Below the pieces are notes generated by a model. It searched no databases and was not told the DNA's origin. It was given only the letters and a program-made list of their open reading frames with translations. The position numbers and the translations under genes were made by a program. A DNA stretch of 64,000 nucleotides from an uncultured delta proteobacterium (GTDB taxonomy: Bacteria; Desulfobacterota; Binatia; DP-6), in the NCBI GenBank assembly GCA_963815115.1, contig CAWFFN010000008.1, positions 1 to 64,000 of the forward strand, read 5' to 3'. Below are positions 49,536-58,468 of this stretch, piece after piece. How positions within the stretch are numbered: position 1 is the stretch's first letter; each line of letters begins with the position of its first letter.

Positions 49536-50184
49536 TCAGGGCAGGGCATGGTTCGGCCGGTGGCGTGCGTCGCCAGCGTCAAGGTGACCCATGGCCCGGG
49601 CGGGAAAGCGATGAAGAGATCGCGGCGACGTGTGGCCAGCCACGCTGTCCGATCCGGAGCGATGAGGGACTCGAGCACGTTGGAGGGGCGGACCCGATCG
49701 TACGCTACGCCCGCACGCTCGAGCACGTAGCCGCGGCGTTCGAGTTCCCATGGCCGCGCGGGCGCGGACGACGAGGATGCGCCCCGCCGGTGGCGCCTCG
49801 AGGGCCGTCGCGCCAAGCTCAGGCAGCAGCAGGCGGCCACCGGCGGCCAACCGAAGCTCGGCCGCCGTGTTTTCGGGGAGGGCGATTCCGAGTGCATGCT
49901 CACCCGCGGGGCCGAGCGACAGCAGACGTTGCGCCGTAAGTGGTTCAGCAGCCGGCGCAAAGACTGGATGGATGAAGCTTTCCGCCGTTCCAAACAGCAT
50001 CAGGGCGAGACCGGCAAACCCGAGCGGCGTCCCCCGGACGCTCACTCCACCGTCGGTCGCGGCGCAGGCCCACGCGGCGAGAGTGCCACCCGTGATCCAG
50101 GTGACTCCGGTCAGCACGAGTGACCGACGCCGATGCGACGACCAGCAAGAGGCCGTGACGGGTGTGGGTAGTGTCTGCCTGCAT
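49536..50184 (-). pseudogene. Frameshifted hypothetical membrane protein
   Basis: GAGGAG RBS plus MQADTT; hydrophobic segments continue across several frames. Confidence 0.35.
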
Positions 50185-50215
50185 GACTATTCGCTCCTCG
50201 TGGTTGGGGTTGGAG

Positions 50216-50692
50216 TCACTGGTCTCGCGGCGCAGGGACGAAGTAGGCGTTGGCAGCGCCATGCTGGTACACGAGCCGCCCGCCCGTCTCCCCGGTGCGA
50301 TAGCCGAGGAAGAGCACCAGCAGCGTGCCGAGGGTGGTCGCGATCGCGAGCTGGCGTGCATGTCGCTCATCACGGAATGCGGCTGCCGCGATGGCGAGCA
50401 GGAACACCGCGCCCGTGCCCCAGACGAACCGTTCGGCGGCCGCCTCGTGAGACTCGATCAGCCGTTCGGCGACCACACGCTCGACGCGATCCTCCTCCGT
50501 TTCGCCGGTACGCAGGCCGGCGACCCCACTGGCGAGCAACATCCCCTGAAGCAGCACGGCGATGATCCAGGTGCGCCGTGGCAGGACGTCGGCCCACCAC
50601 GCCGCCAGCAGACCGGCGGACATCAGCGGCATCAGCACGGCGAGCGCGATCGGGAGGTGAACGATCTTCGGATGCAGCGGCAGCAGATCCAT
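50216..50692 (-). CDS. DUF2231-family membrane protein
   Basis: PLHPKIVHLPIAL, H...A, G.TGG.LVY.HG; AGGAGG RBS. Confidence 0.8.
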   Translation of the reverse strand: MDLLPLHPKIVHLPIALAVLMPLMSAGLLAAWWADVLPRRTWIIAVLLQGMLLASGVAGLRTGETEEDRVERVVAERLIESHEAAAERFVWGTGAVFLLAIAAAAFRDERHARQLAIATTLGTLLVLFLGYRTGETGGRLVYQHGAANAYFVPAPRDQ

Positions 50693-50755
50693 GGCGAGCC
50701 TCCTTGTGCGTATTCGAGGGTTCGACTCCAAGACTGCGCGCCGGCTTCGCGCGCA

Positions 50756-50775
50756 TCCATCCGACGGACGTGATA
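50756..50775. promoter_or_regulatory. Putative operator of membrane LuxR (copy 2)
   Basis: TCCATCCGACGGACGTGATA between DUF2231 and the LuxR remnant. Confidence 0.55.
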
Positions 50776-50788
50776 GGCACCGGATTTC

Positions 50789-51112
50789 ATGGAGTTAGAC
50801 GACCGGCCTGCGACGGATGACGGACGCGACCGACGGCTCGCGAGCGGGCTAGCGGCGGTGTTTGCGGGGATCGCGATCCTCGCGGGGGCCGACCTCGCCG
50901 CGGACCTCCGCGACACCACCGACCGTTCGCCACGTGCTCCTCGAGGACGTCGTCGGCGTGCTTGGCCTGGGTGGCTTCGTATGGATGAGCGCGCGCCAGC
51001 GAGCTCTTCTCCGTGAGACCCGCCACCTCACCGACCGCGCCGAGGATCTTGCCCAGCGTCTGGCCATCTCCACCCGGGAGGCCGAGCGCTGGCGACAGGA
51101 AGCGGGCGATCT
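50789..51112 (+). pseudogene. Membrane LuxR paralog, frameshifted and lacking the HTH
   Basis: AVFAGIAILAGADLAADLR / HVLLE...EAERWRQEAGDL parallels 44520..45116. Confidence 0.7.
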
Positions 51113-51290
51113 GACGCTCGCCTGGCTCCGCCAACTTCGGCGCCGCGCCGCGGGCCGTCCACGTCGTGCACGGCGAGCCGCCCGCCGCCGATGCGCTCGC
51201 CGCCGCGATCCGCACCCGTCTTGGCTGGCCGTCCGTCGGCGTCGCGGCCGACGGCGCGACCGTCTCGCTCCGTTCCTCAGCCGCCGGCGG
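51113..51290 (+). pseudogene. MBL-fold beta-CASP nuclease C-terminal remnant
   Basis: AWLRQL...VHVVHGEPPAADALAAAIRTRLGW. Confidence 0.55.
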
Positions 51291-51296
51291 GGCGAT

Positions 51297-54050
51297 TCAC
51301 CCGGCGAGGAGGGCCCGGCGCCGCTCGCGCCGGCGTACGACGAGCTTGCGAGCCTCCTCGACCCACAGGACCAGGCTTCCCACCAGCCCGAGCTGCACGA
51401 CCTCCGCGAGGCTGAACGGGACCGTGTGGAACACGCGCCCGAGCGGCGCCCAGAACACGACCGCCACCTGCAGGAGATTGCCGGCGACCAGCCCGCCGAG
51501 CAGCCACGGGTTCCTGAGGACGCTCAGGTTCAGGGCCGACTTCCATTCGGAGCGGCAGTTGAGCACGTTGAACCACTCGCAGATCGCGAGCAGCGTGAAC
51601 GTCTCCGTGCGCACCTGGGCCTCCGGCACGCCCGCCGCCAGCCGGCCGATGAACCACCCCAGGCTGGAGACGACGATCGCCGGCACCATGACCGCCATCC
51701 GCGTCAGCAGGATGCGGGTGAGGAGCGGCTCGTCCGGCGAGATGGGTGGCCGCCGCATCTCGTCGCCCTCCGCCGGCTCCATGATGAGGTTGACGGTGAT
51801 GAGTCCCTCGGTGACGAGGTTGTTCCAGAGGATCTGCACCGCGGCGAACGGCGGCGGATGGCCGAGCAGCATCGCCAGCAGGAGGACGAGAACCTCCGCG
51901 GCCGAGGTCGAGAACAGCAGCAGCACGGCCTTCTTGATGTTCCGGTAGACGAGACGCCCCTCCTCCACCGCCGCGACGATCGTGGCGAAGTTGTCGTCGC
52001 CGATGACGATCTTGGCGGAGTCTTTGGCAACCTCGGTGCCCGTGATGCCCATCGCGATGCCGACGTCGGCCTTGACGAGCGCGGGCGCGTCGTTCACCCC
52101 GTCGCCGGTCATCGCCACGACCTCGCGCCGGCGCTGGTAGGCATCGACGATGCGGAGCTTCTGCGCCGGGTGGACGCGCGCGAAGACGGAGATCCCGTCG
52201 ATGCGCTCCGTCAGCTCGGCGTCGGACATCTTCTCGAGCTCCTGGCCGTCGACGACGCCGTCTCCGTCGCGCGCGATGCCCAGCGCCCTGGCGATGGCGT
52301 GCCCCGTCGCCTTGTGGTCGCCGGTCACCATGACCGGCCGGATGCCGGCCGCGCGGCAGCGCTCGACCGCGTCCTTCACCTCCGGCCGGGGCGGGTCGAT
52401 CTGGCCGAGGAGTCCGAGCAGCGTCACCCGACCGGCGAAGGCGGCGAACCCGGCGCGACGGTCGATGTCGGCGTCGGCGACGACGCCGATCGCGAGCACG
52501 CGCAGCGCCCGCTCGGCCATGCGCTCCGCCGCGTCGTGCATCGCGCGCCGCGCCTCGTCGTCCAGCGCGACCTCGTCGCCGTTCCGTCGCGCCGCCCGGC
52601 ACAGCCCGAGCACGACCTCGGGAGCCCCCTTGACGACGACCAACGAAGCCGCGGGCGTCTCGTGCTGGGTCGCCATCATCTTCGCGGCCGGGTCGAAGGG
52701 GATCTCCGCGCGCCGCGGCCAGCGCTCCCGCAGCGCGGACGGCACGATGCCGCCCTTGATCCCGAGCGCGACGAGCGCGACCTCCGTCGGATCGCCGAGG
52801 GCCTTCCATCGCGGCTCCGACTCGCCCGGCCCCTGCAGCTGGGCGTCGTTGCACAGAACGCCCGCCTCGAGCAGCGCGCGGATCCCTTCCGTCGCCAGCG
52901 GATCGATCGCGCGTCCGTCCTGCAGGAACGCGCCTTCCGGCTCGTAGCCGGCTCCCGTGACCGTCACCTCTCGTCCGTCCGGTAGGCAGAGCGCGGTCAC
53001 GGTCATCTCGTTTTTCGTGAGCGTGCCCGTCTTGTCCGTACAGACGACGGTGGTCGAGCCCAGCGTCTCGACGGCGGCCAGCCGGCGGACGACGGCGTTC
53101 CGGCGCGCCATGCGCTGGACGCCGACCGCGAGCGCGATGGTCATCGCGACGGGGAGGCCCTCGGGAATCATCCCGACGACCTGACTGATGCCGACCATGA
53201 CGATCTGCCCGAACGGCATTCCGCGGAGCACGCCGATGAGGTTGATGGCGAAGAACATCGCGATCGCCCCGACGATGACGTAGCGTCCGAACTGGGCGAC
53301 CCGCCGTTCCAGCGGCGTCTGCGGCTGCTCGGCGGCCTCGGCGAGCGCGGCGATGTGACCGATCTCGGTGGCGAGTCCGGTCGCGACGACCACGGCCCGC
53401 GCGCGCCCGGCCGTCACGTGCGTGCCGGCGTAGACCATGTTGCGGCGATCGGCGAGCGGGGTGTCCGGCGCCACGGGACGCAGGTTCTTCGGCACCGGGA
53501 CCGACTCGCCCGTCAGCGCGGCCTCGGCGATCTGCAGGGCGGCGTGGTCGAGGAGCCGCGCGTCGGCGGCGATGGCGTCTCCCGCCTCGAGCACGAGGAG
53601 GTCTCCGGGGACGACTTCGCGCGCCTCGACGAGCGCTTCCCGTCCTCCCCGCACCACGCGCGCCGTATGGGTCGCGAGCTTGCGGAGCGCCCCGAGCGAT
53701 CGCTCCGCCCGCCCCTCCTGGAAGGCGCCGATGACGGCGTTCAGGAGGACGACGATGGAGATGACCACGGCATCGCTCGCGTGGCCGAGCGCCAGCGCAA
53801 TGCCGGCGGCGCCGAAGAGGAGGTAGATGAGCGGGCTCTTGAACTGGCCGAGGAAGACCGAGGCGAGGGAGCGGCGGCTGGGCTCCGGCAGCGCGTTCGG
53901 CCCGAAGCGGTCGAGCCTGCGGGCGGCCTCCTCGGCCGAGACGCCGGCGTGGCCGTCCGACTCGACGGCCGCCACGGCCTCTTCCGCGTGCAGCGCGTGC
54001 CAGCGACGGTGTCGATCGTCGCGCGCCCGGTCGGGGGACCCTCCGTGCAC
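51297..54050 (-). CDS. Cation-transporting P-type ATPase (P2A, PacL/CtpF-like)
   Basis: LTGES, IPEGLP, DKTGTLT, KGAPE, TGDH, TGDGVNDAPAL, QILWNNLVTE. Confidence 0.95.
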   Translation of the reverse strand: MHGGSPDRARDDRHRRWHALHAEEAVAAVESDGHAGVSAEEAARRLDRFGPNALPEPSRRSLASVFLGQFKSPLIYLLFGAAGIALALGHASDAVVISIVVLLNAVIGAFQEGRAERSLGALRKLATHTARVVRGGREALVEAREVVPGDLLVLEAGDAIAADARLLDHAALQIAEAALTGESVPVPKNLRPVAPDTPLADRRNMVYAGTHVTAGRARAVVVATGLATEIGHIAALAEAAEQPQTPLERRVAQFGRYVIVGAIAMFFAINLIGVLRGMPFGQIVMVGISQVVGMIPEGLPVAMTIALAVGVQRMARRNAVVRRLAAVETLGSTTVVCTDKTGTLTKNEMTVTALCLPDGREVTVTGAGYEPEGAFLQDGRAIDPLATEGIRALLEAGVLCNDAQLQGPGESEPRWKALGDPTEVALVALGIKGGIVPSALRERWPRRAEIPFDPAAKMMATQHETPAASLVVVKGAPEVVLGLCRAARRNGDEVALDDEARRAMHDAAERMAERALRVLAIGVVADADIDRRAGFAAFAGRVTLLGLLGQIDPPRPEVKDAVERCRAAGIRPVMVTGDHKATGHAIARALGIARDGDGVVDGQELEKMSDAELTERIDGISVFARVHPAQKLRIVDAYQRRREVVAMTGDGVNDAPALVKADVGIAMGITGTEVAKDSAKIVIGDDNFATIVAAVEEGRLVYRNIKKAVLLLFSTSAAEVLVLLLAMLLGHPPPFAAVQILWNNLVTEGLITVNLIMEPAEGDEMRRPPISPDEPLLTRILLTRMAVMVPAIVVSSLGWFIGRLAAGVPEAQVRTETFTLLAICEWFNVLNCRSEWKSALNLSVLRNPWLLGGLVAGNLLQVAVVFWAPLGRVFHTVPFSLAEVVQLGLVGSLVLWVEEARKLVVRRRERRRALLAG

Positions 54051-54324
54051 TCGACAGTCTCGTAGTCGACGGCGACGCGGGAGTCGAGCGCGGGGCGTAC
54101 GTCGCGTCCCCCGGTTCTGCCAGCGTGACGTCCCTGGGGGTGTCAGTCTACCAAGCGTGCTCGCGGACCGCAGGGTCCGCGGCGACAATCACGGGTGCGC
54201 ACGGGACGTCGGGTCCAACTTGTTAGCGGGCTTCGCGCACCATGCAATGCTCGACCTCGGTGCCGGCAGCGGCGCCGTACCAGTTTCCTCCCTCGCGGGT
54301 CGACCCCACGGGTCGGTGGGAACT

Positions 54325-54405
54325 TGTTACGGAAGGGTGGCTGGCCTCGTAGACGCGCCGGGCAGCCGGCTGGCAGGCGCGAAGGGCGAATACCCGTTTC
54401 GTGCG
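54325..54405 (-). mobile_element. IS91-like left-end remnant
   Basis: Minus strand RRVYEASHPS; DNA similar to 11960-12050. Confidence 0.35.
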
Positions 54406-55120
54406 TCCTTCATCCGGTCCTCTCGGACTTCGGCATGCAACCGCTCTCGGGCACCGAGTACGGCGGCATGCTCGCCGAGCTCGTCCGCGTGCCGCACGCC
54501 GACGCGATGCTCGCACCGATCTCCTCGACGCTCGACCCGGTCGCGCTCGCGAGTGTCTCCGACAACGTGCTCGACGGCTATCGCGCCGTCGCACCGCATC
54601 TCGCGCACCGCCCCGGCTCCGAGATCCTGATCGTGACGCACGGCCTGAAGAGCGTCCCGCTCTACGCCGCCCTCACGGCCATCGCGCTCGGCGCCGAGCG
54701 GGTCAATTTCGCGAGCAACGACGACGAGGTGCTCGAGGTCGCCCGGCGCCTCGGTGCGCGACCGATCCGCTCGGACTTCGGAAAGCCGGAACGCCGCTAC
54801 CCGATCGTCGTCGATGCCGGTCTCACCGCCGAGGGCCTCCGGTACGCCATTCGATCGACCGAGCCCGAGGGCATCCTCCAGAGCGTCAGCTTCTATGCCG
54901 GTGGCGACATGCCGGTGCCGCTGGGTCGCCTCTACACGCTCGGCATTCGCTTCTTCACGGGCCGCGCGCACTCCGTGGCGCTGCTCCCCGAGGTCCTTCC
55001 CCTGATCGAGCAGCGACGATTGCAGCCCGAGAAGGTGACCACCCGCGTCGCGTCGACTGGGACGATGCGCCGCAGGCCTTCGTCGAGCCCGCGATCAAGC
55101 TGATCGTGCGTCGCGACTGA
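54406..55120 (+). pseudogene. Zn-dependent alcohol dehydrogenase, 5'-truncated
   Basis: SDFGMQPLSGTEYGGMLAELVRVPHADAML...ASVSDNVLDGYRAV; frameshift near the end (WDDAPQAF). Confidence 0.7.
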
Positions 55121-55183
55121 CGCCCGAAAGGAAGGCCGCCGCCGGCGAAGGCGACGCCGGCGACGGCCCAGGCATTCGTGTGC

Positions 55184-56251
55184 CTACTTGCTCTCGCAGG
55201 TCACTGTCGCTTGCGCGACCACGGCGCCGCTCGTGTCGACGATCTGACCGGTCACCTCGGGCGGTGCGCCCTGGATGAAGCCGGCGGCGATCGCGGTGGC
55301 TCCGGCCTGGACATCGTCCCGCTCGCTGTCGAAATCGAACTCGACCTCGTCGCCCATCGTGCTCTGGACGCCGCTCGTCGCCGTGTTCGCTCCCGACGTG
55401 ATCCGGGCGCTGTAGCTGCCAGCGGCGAGATCGTTGCCATCGACCGACACCTTCGAACGATCCGACCGCCGCTCGCAGCGGACGCGAACGACGCCCCCGC
55501 CGGCGCCCGGCAGCGTCGTGGTGGTGGTCGCCCCCGGCAGGCACGGGTTGGGATCGCAGGCTCCCGCACCGATGTTCACGCCGCCCTGTGCGCTGCACTC
55601 GGCGGGCGCGCGGTCCTCGCACTCCGGTCCGGAATCGTCGGGCAGGCAGCAGCGGATGTCGTCGTCGTTGGCGGGCGGCGTCGGGCCGCTGCACGGGTTC
55701 GGCAGGCAGGAGCCGGGGCCCAGGTCCACTCCGCCCTGGGCCTCGCACTCCGCCGCGGTGCGATCCTCGCACTCGGGTCCGGAGTCGTCCGGCAGGCAGC
55801 AGCGTACGTCGTTCGGATCGATGGTGCGGTCGGAGATTGCGGCCTGCAGCACGACCGCGCCCTCGTCGTTCACGACCGCGACCGTCTTGCCGCGCGGATC
55901 GACGCCGAGCAGCTGCCCATCACCGCGCGGGCGGGTATCGAACTTCGCCTTCCCCGTGCCGCCGCGACGGGTCGCGAAGGAGCCGATGCGCACGCCGTCG
56001 ACCGTGACATCGAAGCTGCTCAGGGGATCGAGCTTGCGTGCTCGCACCTCGAGCCTGCCGCGCAGGCCGTTGCTGCGGTCGCGGACGTCGACCCGTGCCT
56101 GGCCTGCGGCATCCGGGTCCACACCTGTCGCGACCAGGTCCTGCCGGATCGATGCCCCCTTGGCCTCGACGGTCGCCGGAGCGAGCCCGATCATCCCACC
56201 GAACGCGATCACGCCGAGTGCGGCGTTCCATAGTGTCTGCGTCTTCTGCAT
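55184..56251 (-). CDS. Secreted Cys-repeat protein, paralog 2 (2 repeats)
   Basis: GGAGGAGG RBS, signal peptide ending VEA, same domain order as paralog 1 with a TTTTTLP linker. Confidence 0.9.
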   Translation of the reverse strand: MQKTQTLWNAALGVIAFGGMIGLAPATVEAKGASIRQDLVATGVDPDAAGQARVDVRDRSNGLRGRLEVRARKLDPLSSFDVTVDGVRIGSFATRRGGTGKAKFDTRPRGDGQLLGVDPRGKTVAVVNDEGAVVLQAAISDRTIDPNDVRCCLPDDSGPECEDRTAAECEAQGGVDLGPGSCLPNPCSGPTPPANDDDIRCCLPDDSGPECEDRAPAECSAQGGVNIGAGACDPNPCLPGATTTTTLPGAGGGVVRVRCERRSDRSKVSVDGNDLAAGSYSARITSGANTATSGVQSTMGDEVEFDFDSERDDVQAGATAIAAGFIQGAPPEVTGQIVDTSGAVVAQATVTCESK

Positions 56252-56301
56252 GGTTCCTCCTCCGTTGGATCGCGGGCGCCGATCGCCCATCGCACCACAA
56301 C

Positions 56302-56410
56302 AGCAGGCCGCGTGCCAGCGAAATGCTCGTCGATTCGCGGTGTCGTCGGCCCGTACCGGGGGCAATTCCCCCACGCGGTGCGTGCCCACCCCCAGGGCGG
56401 CTGACCCCAT
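56302..56410 (-). promoter_or_regulatory. sigma54 promoter and upstream enhancer-like sites of paralog 2
   Basis: TGGCACGCGGCCTGCT (56317-56302); GGG..CCC dyads at about 56358-56409. Confidence 0.65.
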
Positions 56411-56475
56411 CCGGGACCGCACAATGGGCCTTGCGCTCGGTCCGCTCCCGGCCATAGCGTCGCGGCGAACCCGGA

Positions 56476-57864
56476 ATGCCAACCCTCCTCATCGTGGAAG
56501 ACGAGGCCGTCCTGGCGCGCACCCTGTCGCGCGCCTTCGCGTCGCATGGCTGGACGGTGCACCAGGCGTCCACGGCGGCGGAAGCTCGCCGTGTCGCCGG
56601 CGCCCTGCCGGCGGATGTCGCGCTCCTCGACCTGCGTCTGCCCGATGGGAGCGGCCTCGACGTCCTCGCCGACATCGGGACATCCGCTCCCGACCTGGCA
56701 GTCGTCATGATGACGGGACACGGGTCGGTCGCCGAGGCGGTGGAGGCGATGAAACGCGGCGCACGCGACTTCGTACAGAAGCCGTTCGAGCTCGACGAGA
56801 TCCGGCTGAAGGTCGAGCGCGCGCTGGGTGTGACCCGCGCGCGACGCGAGATCGCGTACTATCGCGAGCGCGAGCGCATGGCCGGGACCATCCTCGGCGA
56901 GTCCGCCGCCGTCCAGAAGCTGCAACGCATGGTGGAGCGCCTCGCCCACGTCACCGCCGGGCCCGGAGGCCCCGCGCCCACCGTGCTGCTGCTCGGCGAA
57001 ACCGGGACGGGCAAGGGCCACGTCGCGCGGGCGCTGCACGCTGCGGGTGGCCGCCGCGACGGCCCGTTCGTCGAGGTGAATTGTACCGCGCTCCCGGAAA
57101 ACCTGGTGGAGGCGGAGCTGTTCGGGCACGAGAAGGGCGCCTTCACCGACGCCAGGACGGCGCGCGCGGGCCTGTTCGAGACTGCCGACGGGGGGACCAT
57201 CTTCCTCGACGAGATCGGCCACATCTCCCCGCTGCTGCAGTCGAAGTTCCTGAAGGCGATCGAGGAGAAGACCATCCGCCGCCTCGGCGCCACGTCGGCG
57301 CGGGCGGTCGACGTGCAGGTGGTGGCTGCGACCAGCCGCGATCTCGAGGCCGCGGTCCGACTCGGCGAGTTTCGCGAGGACCTGCACCAGCGGCTCGCGG
57401 TCGCGGTCATTCGCATTCCGCCGCTCCGCGAGCGCGGTCGTGACATCCTCCTCCTGGCGCGCCACTTCCTGGACGAAGCCCGCCGCCGGTACGCGAGCGA
57501 ACCGCGGTCGCTGTCGCCTGCCGCGGATGCCGTCCTCCTCGCGCACGCCTGGCCGGGCAACGTACGCGAGCTGGCCAACGTCATGGAACGGACCGTGCTC
57601 TTCAGCGACAGGGAGGAGCTGGGACCCGACGACCTCGGGCTCGGGGCCACGCCCGCAGCGGCCGGCCGGGTCGCCGCGGGTCCATCGGGGGAGGTGCGTG
57701 TCGAATTTCCCGACTCCGGACTCTCGCTCGAGGCCGTCGAGCGCGCCTTGCTGGTCGCGGCGCTCGAGAAGGCGGGAGGCAACCAGAGCGCCGCGGCGCG
57801 GCTGCTGGGCGTCTCGCGCGACACCTTGCGCTATCGCATGGACAAATTCGGCCTCGAACAGTAG
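56476..57864 (+). CDS. sigma54-dependent response regulator (NtrC/AtoC/ZraR family)
   Basis: REC (VEDE, LLDLRLPD, KP), [39 protein letters not shown]. Confidence 0.95.
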   Translation: MPTLLIVEDEAVLARTLSRAFASHGWTVHQASTAAEARRVAGALPADVALLDLRLPDGSGLDVLADIGTSAPDLAVVMMTGHGSVAEAVEAMKRGARDFVQKPFELDEIRLKVERALGVTRARREIAYYRERERMAGTILGESAAVQKLQRMVERLAHVTAGPGGPAPTVLLLGETGTGKGHVARALHAAGGRRDGPFVEVNCTALPENLVEAELFGHEKGAFTDARTARAGLFETADGGTIFLDEIGHISPLLQSKFLKAIEEKTIRRLGATSARAVDVQVVAATSRDLEAAVRLGEFREDLHQRLAVAVIRIPPLRERGRDILLLARHFLDEARRRYASEPRSLSPAADAVLLAHAWPGNVRELANVMERTVLFSDREELGPDDLGLGATPAAAGRVAAGPSGEVRVEFPDSGLSLEAVERALLVAALEKAGGNQSAAARLLGVSRDTLRYRMDKFGLEQ

Positions 57865-57949
57865 CCGTTCGTGCGCGAGATGACCCATCCTCCCGGAGCA
57901 TGACTGCCGTGAACGCTGCTCCTTCCGGCACTTGGAACGAGCCGTGCAC

Positions 57950-57965
57950 CGGCACGCGGCTTGCG
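57950..57965 (+). promoter_or_regulatory. sigma54 promoter of the secreted-protein pair
   Basis: CGGCACGCGGCTTGCG (GG-N10-GC). Confidence 0.6.
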
Positions 57966-57982
57966 ACGTGATGGCCACGTTC

Positions 57983-58468
57983 ATGCGTCCCCGTGCAGCC
58001 GCCGCAATCCTGGCGGCGCTGGTCGTGCTCGCCACCACCACCGCCCGCCCGAGCGCCACGAGCCCGACGCTCGTCGTGTCGGCCGCGAGCGGCATGCGTG
58101 CCGACGGACGGGTCGCGGTGACCGTGGAGGGGGCCTTCGACTTCCCGAACGCCATCCAGGTCGGCTACCCGCTCCAGCTCGTCGTCTTCCAGGACACCAC
58201 CTTCGTCCGCTTCCCGATCGCGGGAGCACCCCAGGTGGGCCAGTCGAGCCTGCTCGCTGACGGCCGGCTCGATTCCGACGACGTCCCCGGACTGCTCGCC
58301 GCCGGCAGCCCGGCGCCGGCCGACGTGCGCATCGTGTCGCTGTCCTCCACGCACGCGGTCCTCGCGCTTCCCGCCGGTTTCCACGCCGGCGCCGCCACGG
58401 TCCAGGCGTTCGCCGTGCTGTCCGACGGGCGCGTGCTGTCGAATCCCCTCGTGCTGGTGCTGCCGTGA
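57983..58468 (+). CDS. Small secreted beta-rich hypothetical protein
   Basis: Signal peptide; ends LSNPLVLVLP; GTGA overlap with the next gene. Start may instead be 57971. Confidence 0.75.
   Translation: MRPRAAAAILAALVVLATTTARPSATSPTLVVSAASGMRADGRVAVTVEGAFDFPNAIQVGYPLQLVVFQDTTFVRFPIAGAPQVGQSSLLADGRLDSDDVPGLLAAGSPAPADVRIVSLSSTHAVLALPAGFHAGAATVQAFAVLSDGRVLSNPLVLVLP

Noticed and set aside
50717-50730. GGGTTCGACTCC T-loop-like motif
   Set aside because: No cloverleaf or acceptor stem; lies in the DUF2231 leader.
50862-52985. 707-aa plus-strand ORF
   Set aside because: LuxR remnant frame reading through antisense to the P-type ATPase.
57133-57155. GAFTDA in place of GAFTGA as a sign of sigma54 independence
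   Set aside because: The critical F-T pair is kept, this variant is common in AtoC-like regulators, and sigma54 promoters flank the gene.
55434-57443. 669-aa plus-strand ORF spanning two genes
   Set aside because: Antisense to the Cys-repeat gene and off-frame to the response regulator.
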